DNA from: Edaphobacter aggregans
GTDB taxonomy: Bacteria > Acidobacteriota > Terriglobia > Terriglobales > Acidobacteriaceae
DNA length: 32,000 bases
Assembly (NCBI RefSeq): GCF_003945235.1
Contig: NZ_RSDW01000001.1
Coordinates: forward strand, 2,610,001 to 2,642,000
Direction of reading: 5' to 3'
Position 1 is the stretch's first letter. The number at the start of each line of letters is the position of its first letter. The notes under the pieces are model-generated. The model did no database searches. It was not told the DNA's origin and was given only the letters and a program-made list of their open reading frames with translations. Below, in pieces: positions 16,476 through 26,900 of the stretch. A program made the position numbers and the translations under genes.

Positions 16476-17714
16476 TTAGGTTGGAGCTGCCTGGAACGTT
16501 ACGTTTCGCTTCACCAAAAGGAAATACAGGGATACAGCCACCAACGCTAGTCCTGCCCCCGCCAAAGTCTTTGAAACGCCGAACATCGGAATCAGTTTGC
16601 CAAATGCAAGTGCGCCCACCGGAATGCCTGCACGGAAGGCTAGGTTGTAAACACTCATCACCCGTCCGCGCATCGCATTCGTCGTAATAAGCTGAGCGAG
16701 TGAAAGCATAAGAGAGGCTGAAGCCATGATCGTAGCGCCAGCTAAAAACATCAGAGTGTAAGAGAGAGGTAGCCACTTGGATAGCGCAAATCCCGATGTG
16801 ATCAGACCGAGTGCGATGAGGATCAATAGCGTGAGACGTCCCAGCCCCTTTAGCTTCTCCGAGGCGGCCACGGCCAGTGCACCACATATCGATCCCGCAC
16901 CCGAAAAGACCAACAGAAGCGTATAGGTTTCTGGGCCTTTTTGAAAGACATTGCGAACGAAAACGGGTAAGAAGCCGTTGAGCGAAAAGCCAAACAGTGT
17001 CGTGCAAAATGCCAGAACCACGAGGGCGGTCATTCCGTCACGGTGCCAGATAAACCGGATGCCCTCCTTCATGCTGGTAAGAACGGACTCCGTTGATTTT
17101 GATGGAATAAACTTCACGTCGATCATGAAGAGTGAGGCGATCACTGCAAGAAAAGAGACGCCATTGAGAGCAAAACACCACGTTGCGCCGAGCGTCGCAT
17201 ATGCCAACCCACCGATGGTGGGTCCTACTATGCGTGCAATATTGAACTGTATCGAATTCATCGCGATCGCATTCGCCAGATCCTCCGGGCCTACAAGGGT
17301 TGGTAACAGTGCCGAATAGGCTGGTCCGCCAAAGGACTGCCCGATTCCTACGATGAATGAGAGCACGAGGATGTGCCAGACTTTTACCGCGTGGACTAGG
17401 AATAGAAGTGCCAGCAGAAATGCGCAAACCATCTGTATGTATTGCGAAGTGAGCAGCATCTTCCGTCGGTCCAGACGGTCCGCAAAAACCCCACCAAAAA
17501 GGGAAAACATCATGATTGGGAGTTGGCCCAGGAACAGATCCAAACCCAGGTAGAACGGATCCCTGGTCAGGTCATAGACCAACCAGCTCTGCGCGAACTG
17601 TTGCACAAAGGTGCCTATAGTTGATGCGCACGCTCCCATCCACATCAAGCGGAAGTCGCGATAGCGAAAAGCTCTAAAGGTGCGGGCGAAAAACCAAGGG
17701 GCGCTGGACATCAA
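16476..17714 (-). CDS. MFS transporter (EntS/MFS_3-like, about 12 TM)
   Basis: Hydrophobic 412-aa ORF with FRYRDFRLMWMGACASTIGTFVQQFAQSWLVYDLT and GGVFADRLDRRKML motifs. The start is TTG 17714 or ATG 17711, with AGGAGA upstream. Confidence 0.85.
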   Translation of the reverse strand: MMSSAPWFFARTFRAFRYRDFRLMWMGACASTIGTFVQQFAQSWLVYDLTRDPFYLGLDLFLGQLPIMMFSLFGGVFADRLDRRKMLLTSQYIQMVCAFLLALLFLVHAVKVWHILVLSFIVGIGQSFGGPAYSALLPTLVGPEDLANAIAMNSIQFNIARIVGPTIGGLAYATLGATWCFALNGVSFLAVIASLFMIDVKFIPSKSTESVLTSMKEGIRFIWHRDGMTALVVLAFCTTLFGFSLNGFLPVFVRNVFQKGPETYTLLLVFSGAGSICGALAVAASEKLKGLGRLTLLILIALGLITSGFALSKWLPLSYTLMFLAGATIMASASLMLSLAQLITTNAMRGRVMSVYNLAFRAGIPVGALAFGKLIPMFGVSKTLAGAGLALVAVSLYFLLVKRNVTFQAAPT

Positions 17715-17982
17715 GACTCGAAACTTCTCCTAATTGACTGGTAAGGATCGATCAATACCTAAATCGTACAGTGATGGATGAGCCTCAGACACATTCAGAA
17801 AAGGCTCGCCCATGCCCTATCGTCTCTCGCCATTCTCCACTGGACGGCGACGCCCATACATTTGTCCGAGATGCCGCTAATGCTCTGCTTCTGTTCTCGC
17901 CCTTACTTCCATCCCCAAAACTTCCCCCCAGCCGCGAATCCAGATAAGCTAGAAAATTGGTGTCCTGCACCACCCACACTGC

Positions 17983-18738
17983 ATGCGAGCGCTGATTCTC
18001 TCCGACATACACGCCAACCTCGAAGCCCTTAACGCGGCGCTCGAGGCCGCAGCTCCCTTCGACGTCCTCTGGAACCTCGGCGACGTCGTTGGCTATGGAG
18101 CCAGCCCTAACGAAGTCATCGACATCATCCGCGCGAAGGCCCAACTCAACGTTCGCGGCAACCACGACCGTGTCTGCTGCGGCCTCACCTCAGCCGTCGG
18201 CTTCAACCCCGTCGCCCGCGACGCCGCCAACTGGACCCGCAAAGCGATGACCGAGGCCAACCGCGACTGGCTCGCGAACGTCCTCCAGGGTCCTGTCCAG
18301 CCACCCGACCTCCCCACCATCAGCCTCGCCCACGGCTCGCCCCTCAACGAAGACCAGTACATCCTCAGCATGCGCGATGCCTGGGCCCCCCTCCAGCAGA
18401 TGGCCACCACCATCACTTTCATCGGCCACACCCACCTCCAGGGCGGCTTCGCCCAGAAGGAACACGACTGGCACGAGTTCCGCCCTCGGTACGCCACGCG
18501 CAACGAAGCCGAGACTTGGACACTCCCCATCCCACTCGGCACCCGGCACCTCATCAACCCCGGCTCAATCGGCCAGCCCCGCGACAACGACTGGCGCGCC
18601 GCCTTCGCAGTCTACGACACGGAAGCCGCCGAGATCATCTTCCACCGCGTCCCCTACGATCTCACCGCGGCCCAGGGCCGCATCCTCCTCGCCGGCCTCC
18701 CCGAACGTCTCGCCGCCCGCCTCCGCGAAGGCCGTTAG
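17983..18738 (+). CDS. Metallophosphoesterase family protein (calcineurin-like)
   Basis: Motifs MRALILSDIHAN, GDVVGYG, RGNHD, GHTH and NPGSIGQPRD. Confidence 0.85.
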   Translation: MRALILSDIHANLEALNAALEAAAPFDVLWNLGDVVGYGASPNEVIDIIRAKAQLNVRGNHDRVCCGLTSAVGFNPVARDAANWTRKAMTEANRDWLANVLQGPVQPPDLPTISLAHGSPLNEDQYILSMRDAWAPLQQMATTITFIGHTHLQGGFAQKEHDWHEFRPRYATRNEAETWTLPIPLGTRHLINPGSIGQPRDNDWRAAFAVYDTEAAEIIFHRVPYDLTAAQGRILLAGLPERLAARLREGR

Positions 18739-18881
18739 AGCAGTCCACATCATTGAGACGGACCGTCTTACCTGTCGAGCTGTCAAGCCCTCAAACCACG
18801 TATCTCTATGCTTACAAAAGAGATCTGCGTGGCGTAGTAATTCCACCCAACCCGCTATAATAGAACCAGAGAAAAAGAAAG

Positions 18882-18912
18882 AAACCCGCCCGAACAGGCG
18901 GGTTTTTTGTTT
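18882..18912 (+). terminator. Strong intrinsic terminator, potentially bidirectional
   Basis: AAACCCGCC (18882-18890) pairs with GGCGGGTTT (18897-18905), followed by TTTGTTT. On the opposite strand the same hairpin is followed by TTTCTTTCTTTTTC. Confidence 0.75.
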
Positions 18913-19060
18913 CTAACAAAATCATAAGAGGGGAAAGACCTCTGACCGAAGTCCGGACTTAAGACAAATGAAATGAATACTTTGAAACAATAAGGTCTGG
19001 GGGGGGATACCCAAATTGCATTTGCCCCAACCGCCACGACGCATCTACTATCAATGTCCC

Positions 19061-20611
19061 ATGGAAGTCCTGACGAACGCGACCATCGCCGATCGAACCC
19101 ACGAGATCCTCACCCAGCTAGGCGTACATGCCTCCGCCTACACCGGCGGATCGCTTCCCGTCACCACCCCCATCACCGGCGAAGTCATCGCCCGAATTGC
19201 CGTCACCACACATCCGGCAAAGACCATCGCAGCCGCTCACAAATCTTTCCTCAAGTGGCGAACCGTCCCCGCTCCCAAACGTGGCGAGCTCATCCGTATC
19301 CTCGGCGAAGAGCTCCGCTCCCATCGCGACACCCTGGGCCACCTCGTCACCATCGAAGCCGGCAAAATCCTCTCCGAAGGCCTCGGCGAAGTCCAGGAGA
19401 TGATCGACATCTGCACCTTTGCCGCCGGCCTCTCCCGCCAACTCGCCGGACTCACCCTCCCATCCGAGCGTCCCAGCCACCGCATGATGGAGACCTGGCA
19501 CCCCCTCGGCCCCGTAGGCATCATCTCCGCTTTCAACTTTCCCGTCGCCGTCTGGAGCTGGAACGCCGCACTCGCACTGGTCTGCGGCAACTCCGTAGTC
19601 TGGAAGCCGTCCGAGAAAACTCCCCTCACCGCCCTCGCCACCCAAGCCATCTTCGAGCGAGCAGCCGCGAGATTCGCATCCACGCACGGCGACATCCCTG
19701 CAGACCTCTCCACCCTCCTCATCGGCGGCGCCAGCGTGGGCCAGCAACTGGTCGACTCGCCACTCGTCCCTTTGGTCTCCGCCACCGGTTCAACCCCCAT
19801 GGGCCGGTCTGTAGGCCCACGCCTCGCCTCCCGCTTCGCCCGAGCCATCCTTGAGTTAGGAGGCAACAACGCAGGCATCGTCTGCCCCACCGCAGACCTC
19901 GACCTCACCCTCCGCGCCATAGCCTTCTCCGCAATGGGAACCGCCGGCCAACGCTGCACCACTCTACGCCGCCTCATCGTCCACGACTCCATCTACGACA
20001 AGCTCATCTCGCAGCTCAAAAAAGTCTATGCATCCGTCGCCATCGGCGACCCACGCGAACCCGGAACACTCATCGGCCCGCTCATCGACAAGCGTTCCTA
20101 CACCGCCATGCAGCACGCCCTCACTGACTCCGTCGCCTCTGGCGCCACCATCACCGGAGGCGAACGCCTTCAACACCCCGAGGCACCCGAAGCATTCTAC
20201 GTCCGCCCCGCCCTGGTCGAAATCTCTTCACAAACCGACCCTCAGCCCGAGGTAGTCAAGCGCGAGACCTTCGCCCCCATCCTCTACGTCCTCAAGTACC
20301 GAGACCTCGACGAAGCCATCGCCCTCCACAACGGAGTCGCCCAGGGCCTCTCGTCCTCGATCTTCACTATGGATCTCCGCGAAGCCGAGCGCTTCCTTTC
20401 CGCCACCGGCTCCGACTGCGGCATCGCCAACGTCAACATCGGAACCTCCGGCGCAGAGATTGGCGGAGCCTTCGGCGGCGAAAAAGAGACAGGCGGAGGC
20501 CGCGAATCCGGCTCCGACGCCTGGAAGGCCTACATGCGCCGAGCCACCAACACCATCAACTACGGCACCGACCTGCCTCTGGCCCAGGGCGTCAGCTTTG
20601 ACATCGACTAA
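19061..20611 (+). CDS. Aldehyde dehydrogenase, ALDH7/antiquitin-like (candidate piperideine-6-carboxylate / aminoadipate-semialdehyde dehydrogenase)
   Basis: EAGKILSEGLGEVQEMIDICTFAAGLSRQL is characteristic of the ALDH7 subgroup. Catalytic context ELGGNNAGIV ... GTAGQRCTTLRR. I chose ATG 19061 rather than the track start 19016. Confidence 0.88.
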   Translation: MEVLTNATIADRTHEILTQLGVHASAYTGGSLPVTTPITGEVIARIAVTTHPAKTIAAAHKSFLKWRTVPAPKRGELIRILGEELRSHRDTLGHLVTIEAGKILSEGLGEVQEMIDICTFAAGLSRQLAGLTLPSERPSHRMMETWHPLGPVGIISAFNFPVAVWSWNAALALVCGNSVVWKPSEKTPLTALATQAIFERAAARFASTHGDIPADLSTLLIGGASVGQQLVDSPLVPLVSATGSTPMGRSVGPRLASRFARAILELGGNNAGIVCPTADLDLTLRAIAFSAMGTAGQRCTTLRRLIVHDSIYDKLISQLKKVYASVAIGDPREPGTLIGPLIDKRSYTAMQHALTDSVASGATITGGERLQHPEAPEAFYVRPALVEISSQTDPQPEVVKRETFAPILYVLKYRDLDEAIALHNGVAQGLSSSIFTMDLREAERFLSATGSDCGIANVNIGTSGAEIGGAFGGEKETGGGRESGSDAWKAYMRRATNTINYGTDLPLAQGVSFDID

Positions 20612-20642
20612 ATGCAGCGCTAACAAACCCGGGCATTTCGCC

Positions 20643-21425
20643 TCAGTCCGTGCGGATCACATAAGGCTCGGCATCAGGCACATGAATACCTTCAGCGACC
20701 TCAGTAGCGTGGGCCTTATCTGGCTGCTGCGGATTGATTCGCACCCAGTGCCCCGTTGGCCCCGCAAACTCAATCACCTTGGCCGTCGAGTACTTGCGTA
20801 TCAAGTGATTCTTGAGCTGGATAGCATCTTCTTCATTAGGAAACGCACCAATCTGCACGCACCACCGTCCGCCGGGGACAGCATTCGGACGAGCAGGAGC
20901 GGCATACGCTTCCACGCGAACCTTGGCGACGCCCATGCGATAGAGCCCCGTAGCCTTCGCCGCAGCCAGCGACAGATCGATGATGCGGCCATGAACGAAG
21001 GGCCCCCGGTCGGTAATGCGCACGATCGCCGACTGATTCGTCGTGAGGTTCGTGACGCGGACCGTAGTTCCCAAAGGTAGCGTCAAATGCGCGGCGGTCA
21101 TGGCGTTCTGATCGTAGACGGTGCCGTCGGCTCCCTTGCGCCCGGCATAGGGCGGCCCATACCAGCTCGCCATACCGACCTCAGTCAGAATGGGTTTGCC
21201 ATGAGGATCGGGCGGAGGCGAGGGAAGAGATTTTGCCGTTCCTGAAGCAGCGGTATCGCCACCAGAACCCAACGGCGAGTTCCCTTTGCCGCGCGCACTC
21301 GAAGCCGAGGTTGTTGTTGGGGGAGGCGGCGGATGGTAAGCCTGTGTCGTTTTTTTGTGACAGCCGGTAGCCGCAAGCGCAAGCGCCGTCAGTCCAGCGG
21401 CGTAGACGAGGCGGGCGCGAATCAC
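20643..21425 (-). CDS. rlpA: Septal-ring lytic transglycosylase RlpA-family lipoprotein with C-terminal SPOR domain
   Basis: Lipobox LALAATGC. DPBB domain GMASWYGPPYAGRKGADGTVYDQNAMTAAHLTLPLGTTVRVTNL...VRITDRGPF. SPOR-like WCVQIGAFPNEEDAIQLKNHL. GTG start at 21425. Confidence 0.85.
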   Translation of the reverse strand: MIRARLVYAAGLTALALAATGCHKKTTQAYHPPPPPTTTSASSARGKGNSPLGSGGDTAASGTAKSLPSPPPDPHGKPILTEVGMASWYGPPYAGRKGADGTVYDQNAMTAAHLTLPLGTTVRVTNLTTNQSAIVRITDRGPFVHGRIIDLSLAAAKATGLYRMGVAKVRVEAYAAPARPNAVPGGRWCVQIGAFPNEEDAIQLKNHLIRKYSTAKVIEFAGPTGHWVRINPQQPDKAHATEVAEGIHVPDAEPYVIRTD

Positions 21426-21673
21426 GGCTTAGGCGCGTCCTTTGGTGGCGGAGGAGACGAGGGCGAGGTGCGGCCGGCGCGCTCGTCCATGCGTTGGGCC
21501 AGACGTTGCAGTTCAGCAGCAGCAGCACGCAGGGCCTGAGAACCATTCCGGCGGACGTCGGGCACAACCTCATCGTTAATGTAGTTAAGGAGGCTGCGCA
21601 GGTCCTCTTCCACACGAGTCCCGGCCTCGTGGACACGCTGCTCCCAGGGACGCTTCGGTGCTTCGTTCGACAT
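21422..21673 (-). CDS. Small hypothetical protein (83 aa) translationally coupled to rlpA
   Basis: ATG 21673 is preceded by GGAGA. Helical body with a Pro-rich tail. Its TGA stop (21422-21424) overlaps the rlpA GTG start, giving a GTGA overlap. Confidence 0.55.
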   Translation of the reverse strand: MSNEAPKRPWEQRVHEAGTRVEEDLRSLLNYINDEVVPDVRRNGSQALRAAAAELQRLAQRMDERAGRTSPSSPPPPKDAPKP

Positions 21674-21806
21674 GGCGGACTTCTCCACAGTTGATTATCA
21701 GGACGAGGAAAATGCATGGTCAATGCAATTGGGAGGCTATTTTGTCGATAGTGCTCTCCTGGTAACGAATGTCGGCATAAGATCAAGGACACAAAGCGAA
21801 TACAAC

Positions 21807-21835
21807 TTGGTACCACCAAATTGCGTCCTTATATA
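21807..21835 (+). promoter_or_regulatory. Candidate sigma70-like promoter TTGGTA-N17-TATATA upstream of the 21925 gene
   Basis: TTGGTA at 21807-21812 and TATATA at 21830-21835, with exactly 17 nt between them, in an AT-rich divergent intergenic region. Confidence 0.3.
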
Positions 21836-21924
21836 GATAGGCATAGGGCGTCGTTCAAATAGAAAGCGCACTGCCAGATTCGCTTGCCTGAGGCATTTGC
21901 GAACCGGGAAGTTGAGGTGTTCTC

Positions 21925-22764
21925 TTGGCCAAGGTACATTTGGTTCTCTCTTCGCAAGCTTCTCCGGCGAGGCGTTCTATCATCCTGACGCTGGCCTTGT
22001 TCGGAGCAATGGCCCCCTTTACCGTGGCCCAGCAAGCTGCCGAATCCCAACCCAGCACCGAGGCGAAGCTGACGCTTCCCGATCCTCCTTCGCTTCCGGA
22101 CTCCCCAGGAACAGTCCTCACCAGTTCCAGCGTCTCAACACCGGACGACCCTGCCGGTTCAGACGGTCAAGCAGTAGCGGCCGCCGGTCCGACGGTGTCG
22201 CCTTACATAAAGCTTATCGCGTCTGATCAAATCGCTCCCCCGCAAACAGCTGGGGAGAAGGTAGTCATGGGACTGCGCGACACGGTGACTCCATTTTCGG
22301 CGATCGGCTGGCTCTTTTCCGCGGGCTGGACCCACTTGATTGATGGCAGTCCGAACTATGGCACGAACAGCAAAGCCTTCGCCCAACGCTTGGGAGCAGC
22401 AGCAGCGCTCTCTACTAGCCGGGGAATCTTTACTGATTGCATCCTTGGGCCTGCTTTCCATCAGGATACGCGCTACTATCAACTCGGCCAGAATCACAAA
22501 TTTTTCAATCGGGTGATCTACGCAAGCACTCGCCCCATCATCGGAAAAACCGACGGAGGCCGCGCCATCCCAAACTACGCATCCCTCATCGGTGGGGCGG
22601 GAGGTGCCGCGCTAACCTACACTTACTATCCAGAGCAGAACCAGAATGGCGGCCAGGTCGCCACGACGTTCGCCACCGGGATAGGCAGCGCGGTGCTTAA
22701 CAATCTGTTCAACGAATTTGGCGGCGATATCATTCGAGCGCTGAACCTTTCGGGGGGCAAGTGA
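21925..22764 (+). CDS. Secreted protein of unknown function, paralog A (HQDxRYY family)
   Basis: TTG start with GAGGTG upstream, so the start is uncertain. Signal-like RRSIILTLALFGAMAPFTVAQQ and an S/P-rich linker. The conserved core FHQDTRYYQLG...FFNRVIYASTRPIIGKTDGGRAIPNY is shared with the next gene. Confidence 0.65.
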   Translation: MAKVHLVLSSQASPARRSIILTLALFGAMAPFTVAQQAAESQPSTEAKLTLPDPPSLPDSPGTVLTSSSVSTPDDPAGSDGQAVAAAGPTVSPYIKLIASDQIAPPQTAGEKVVMGLRDTVTPFSAIGWLFSAGWTHLIDGSPNYGTNSKAFAQRLGAAAALSTSRGIFTDCILGPAFHQDTRYYQLGQNHKFFNRVIYASTRPIIGKTDGGRAIPNYASLIGGAGGAALTYTYYPEQNQNGGQVATTFATGIGSAVLNNLFNEFGGDIIRALNLSGGK

Positions 22765-22814
22765 TCCTTCCTGGTTTTGGGTTATCAGACTAAGACAGGG
22801 AGAGCTGCAGGCAC

Positions 22815-23738
22815 ATGCGCTGGGCTTTGATATTGGGATTGTTGTTTTCATGGGGAATGGCTGAGGCGCAAACGCCGGCGCCACCCTCAGACGCAATGCC
22901 CTTAATCACTGCTCCAACAGCGCCGGCACCTTCTTCCTCCCCCTCGAGCGATCTACCTGACGCGCCAAGCGAAGTCGCCCTGAATCAAGACAACGTAGTC
23001 GCGGTAGGCGAGGCCGCCGTGAAAGCGAGCGGAAAGCCGCCGTCTTGCAACGCGAAGAAAGCAATGGGCTTCATTTATGTGGATCCCAAACGCGCGGGCG
23101 AGAAACCCCAGCCTTGCAGCGAACTCGTCTATCCTTACCAGCGCTTTCTTGGAACGAACGTTGTAATACCCCTCACCTGGCAGCAGAAGGGCTATCTGGC
23201 ATTACATGATGTGACAGATCCGGGAAGCCTCGCCACCATCGCCCTAATCTCCGGCATTACTACGGCAGCCGACCCTCATTCCGCCTACGGTCCCGGCCTG
23301 AAAGGTTGGGGCAAGAACGCCGGCGTAAGTCTCCTGCAGAACGCCACGGCCGAGTTCTTCGGGACCTTCGCCGTCCCATCCATCATGCATCAGGACCCAC
23401 GCTATTACCGGAGACCCGACCTCCCCTTCAAAAACCGCCTCATCTACTCCATCTCACGAACCATCATCTCGCGCCACGATGACGGCAGTCCGATGCCCAA
23501 CTATGGCACCTTGTTTGAGTACCCCATCAACGCCGAACTTAGCAATCTGTACGTACCGGGCATCGAATCCGACGGGGCCTCTACCGTAAAGCGCATCCTC
23601 GTCGGCTATGCCATCGATCCCACCAACAACATACTCGCCGAGTTTCTGCCCGATGTGGCCAAGCACGTGCGAATCCGCATCATCTTCATTCAGCAATTCT
23701 TGAACAATATCGCGGCTAACCCCAACGGCCTTCCATAA
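22815..23738 (+). CDS. Secreted protein of unknown function, paralog B (HQDxRYY family)
   Basis: Signal peptide MRWALILGLLFSWGMAEAQ and an S/P-rich linker. Core MHQDPRYYRRP...FKNRLIYSISRTIISRHDDGSPMPNY. Confidence 0.7.
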   Translation: MRWALILGLLFSWGMAEAQTPAPPSDAMPLITAPTAPAPSSSPSSDLPDAPSEVALNQDNVVAVGEAAVKASGKPPSCNAKKAMGFIYVDPKRAGEKPQPCSELVYPYQRFLGTNVVIPLTWQQKGYLALHDVTDPGSLATIALISGITTAADPHSAYGPGLKGWGKNAGVSLLQNATAEFFGTFAVPSIMHQDPRYYRRPDLPFKNRLIYSISRTIISRHDDGSPMPNYGTLFEYPINAELSNLYVPGIESDGASTVKRILVGYAIDPTNNILAEFLPDVAKHVRIRIIFIQQFLNNIAANPNGLP

Positions 23739-24052
23739 CCAATCGGATGACCAGGATGGGTAATAGACCGGGCAATCATTTTCTGCACCTTTTTTCGCCA
23801 CCCCACTCAGCCGTATCTCTTTACCGTTCAATGCAGAATTTCACCGTTCGATTGTCCATGCTTCGATCTGAGGGGTCGCCTGCGTACTCTTAACGAAGGT
23901 CCCAAGCCATTGCCCTGCATCTATTTATTTGATGAAAATGCGACTGGCTTGAATCAGGGTGCGTACTTCTTCAGGCACCGAGGCGTCGGATAAGCTGGCA
24001 AGGGCTATTTACAAGTTTTGAATTAGAGAAAGATCTCAGGAGACGGAAACAC

Positions 24053-26146
<2,094 letters not shown>

Positions 26147-26169
26147 TAACCCTTCAACCACAAGAACAG

Positions 26170-26203
26170 AAAGGCCGCCAGCAATGGCGGCCTTTATTAT
26201 TGT
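26170..26203 (+). terminator. Strong intrinsic terminator of the radical-SAM gene
   Basis: AAAGGCCGCCA (26170-26180) pairs with TGGCGGCCTTT (26185-26195) around a GCAA tetraloop, followed by ATTATTGTTT. Confidence 0.85.
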
Positions 26204-26210
26204 TTACCAG

Positions 26211-26900
26211 ATGCAATCTAATGAAATCATTTCCTACCTCGAAATGTGTTCCCGAGAAGGACTGTCTCTTCAGCGAGGTATGAATTTCAACGCCACGCTC
26301 ACTCACTCAGTTGTCCTATCCTCCCATCGTCCAGGAGCGCCCTATGACGACGTATTAGAGGAGAACGGCACTGTATTGATCTATGAAGGACACGACGAAC
26401 CTAGGACTCGGGATATTCCCTATCCAAAACAAATAGAGCCTTTGCGTTCAAAGAATGGCAAGTTAACCCAAAATGGTTTCTTCCACGAAGCGGCTCAGGC
26501 ATGCGTAAGGAATGAGAAGCCGCCAGTAAGGATACGTGTCTACGAAAAGATCAAAGCAGGAATTTGGTCCTACAATGGGCTCTTTGAATTGCTCGATAGC
26601 TGGACCGAGACTAGTGGAAGTCGGAGGGTCTATAAATTCAAGCTCCATTCCATTCCCGACGAAGGATTTCCTCGTCCCTCTACTCAGGACGATTTGGAGC
26701 AACGCAGAATCATACCTTCCCACGTGAAATTGGCTGTATGGAAGAGGGATAAGGGAGCTTGCGTCGAATGCGGATCAAGAACAAACTTGCATTTCGATCA
26801 CATCTTGCCTTATTCCAAAGGCGGCACATCGGAGACAGAAGCTAACATCCAACTTCTATGTATGAAACACAACATGCAGAAGGGGGCGAGGCTTCTATGA
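26211..26900 (+). CDS. SRA(YDG)-domain + HNH nuclease, candidate type IV (modified-cytosine-dependent) restriction endonuclease
   Basis: The N-terminal half has SRA-like patterns (RGMNF...SVVLSS...YDDVLEENGTVLIYEGHD; PVRIRVYEKIKAGIWSYNGLFELLDSWTETSGSRRVYKFKLHSI). The C-terminal HNH motif is CVECGSRTNLHFDHILPYSKGG...LLCMKHNMQKG. The start is uncertain (26211 or 26244); the track start 26184 lies inside the upstream terminator hairpin. Confidence 0.8.
   Translation: MQSNEIISYLEMCSREGLSLQRGMNFNATLTHSVVLSSHRPGAPYDDVLEENGTVLIYEGHDEPRTRDIPYPKQIEPLRSKNGKLTQNGFFHEAAQACVRNEKPPVRIRVYEKIKAGIWSYNGLFELLDSWTETSGSRRVYKFKLHSIPDEGFPRPSTQDDLEQRRIIPSHVKLAVWKRDKGACVECGSRTNLHFDHILPYSKGGTSETEANIQLLCMKHNMQKGARLL

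Noticed and set aside
18855-19037. 60-aa minus-strand ORF in the AT-rich gap before the ALDH gene
   Set aside because: It is short, has no RBS, and crosses the bidirectional terminator hairpin. It is more likely non-coding.
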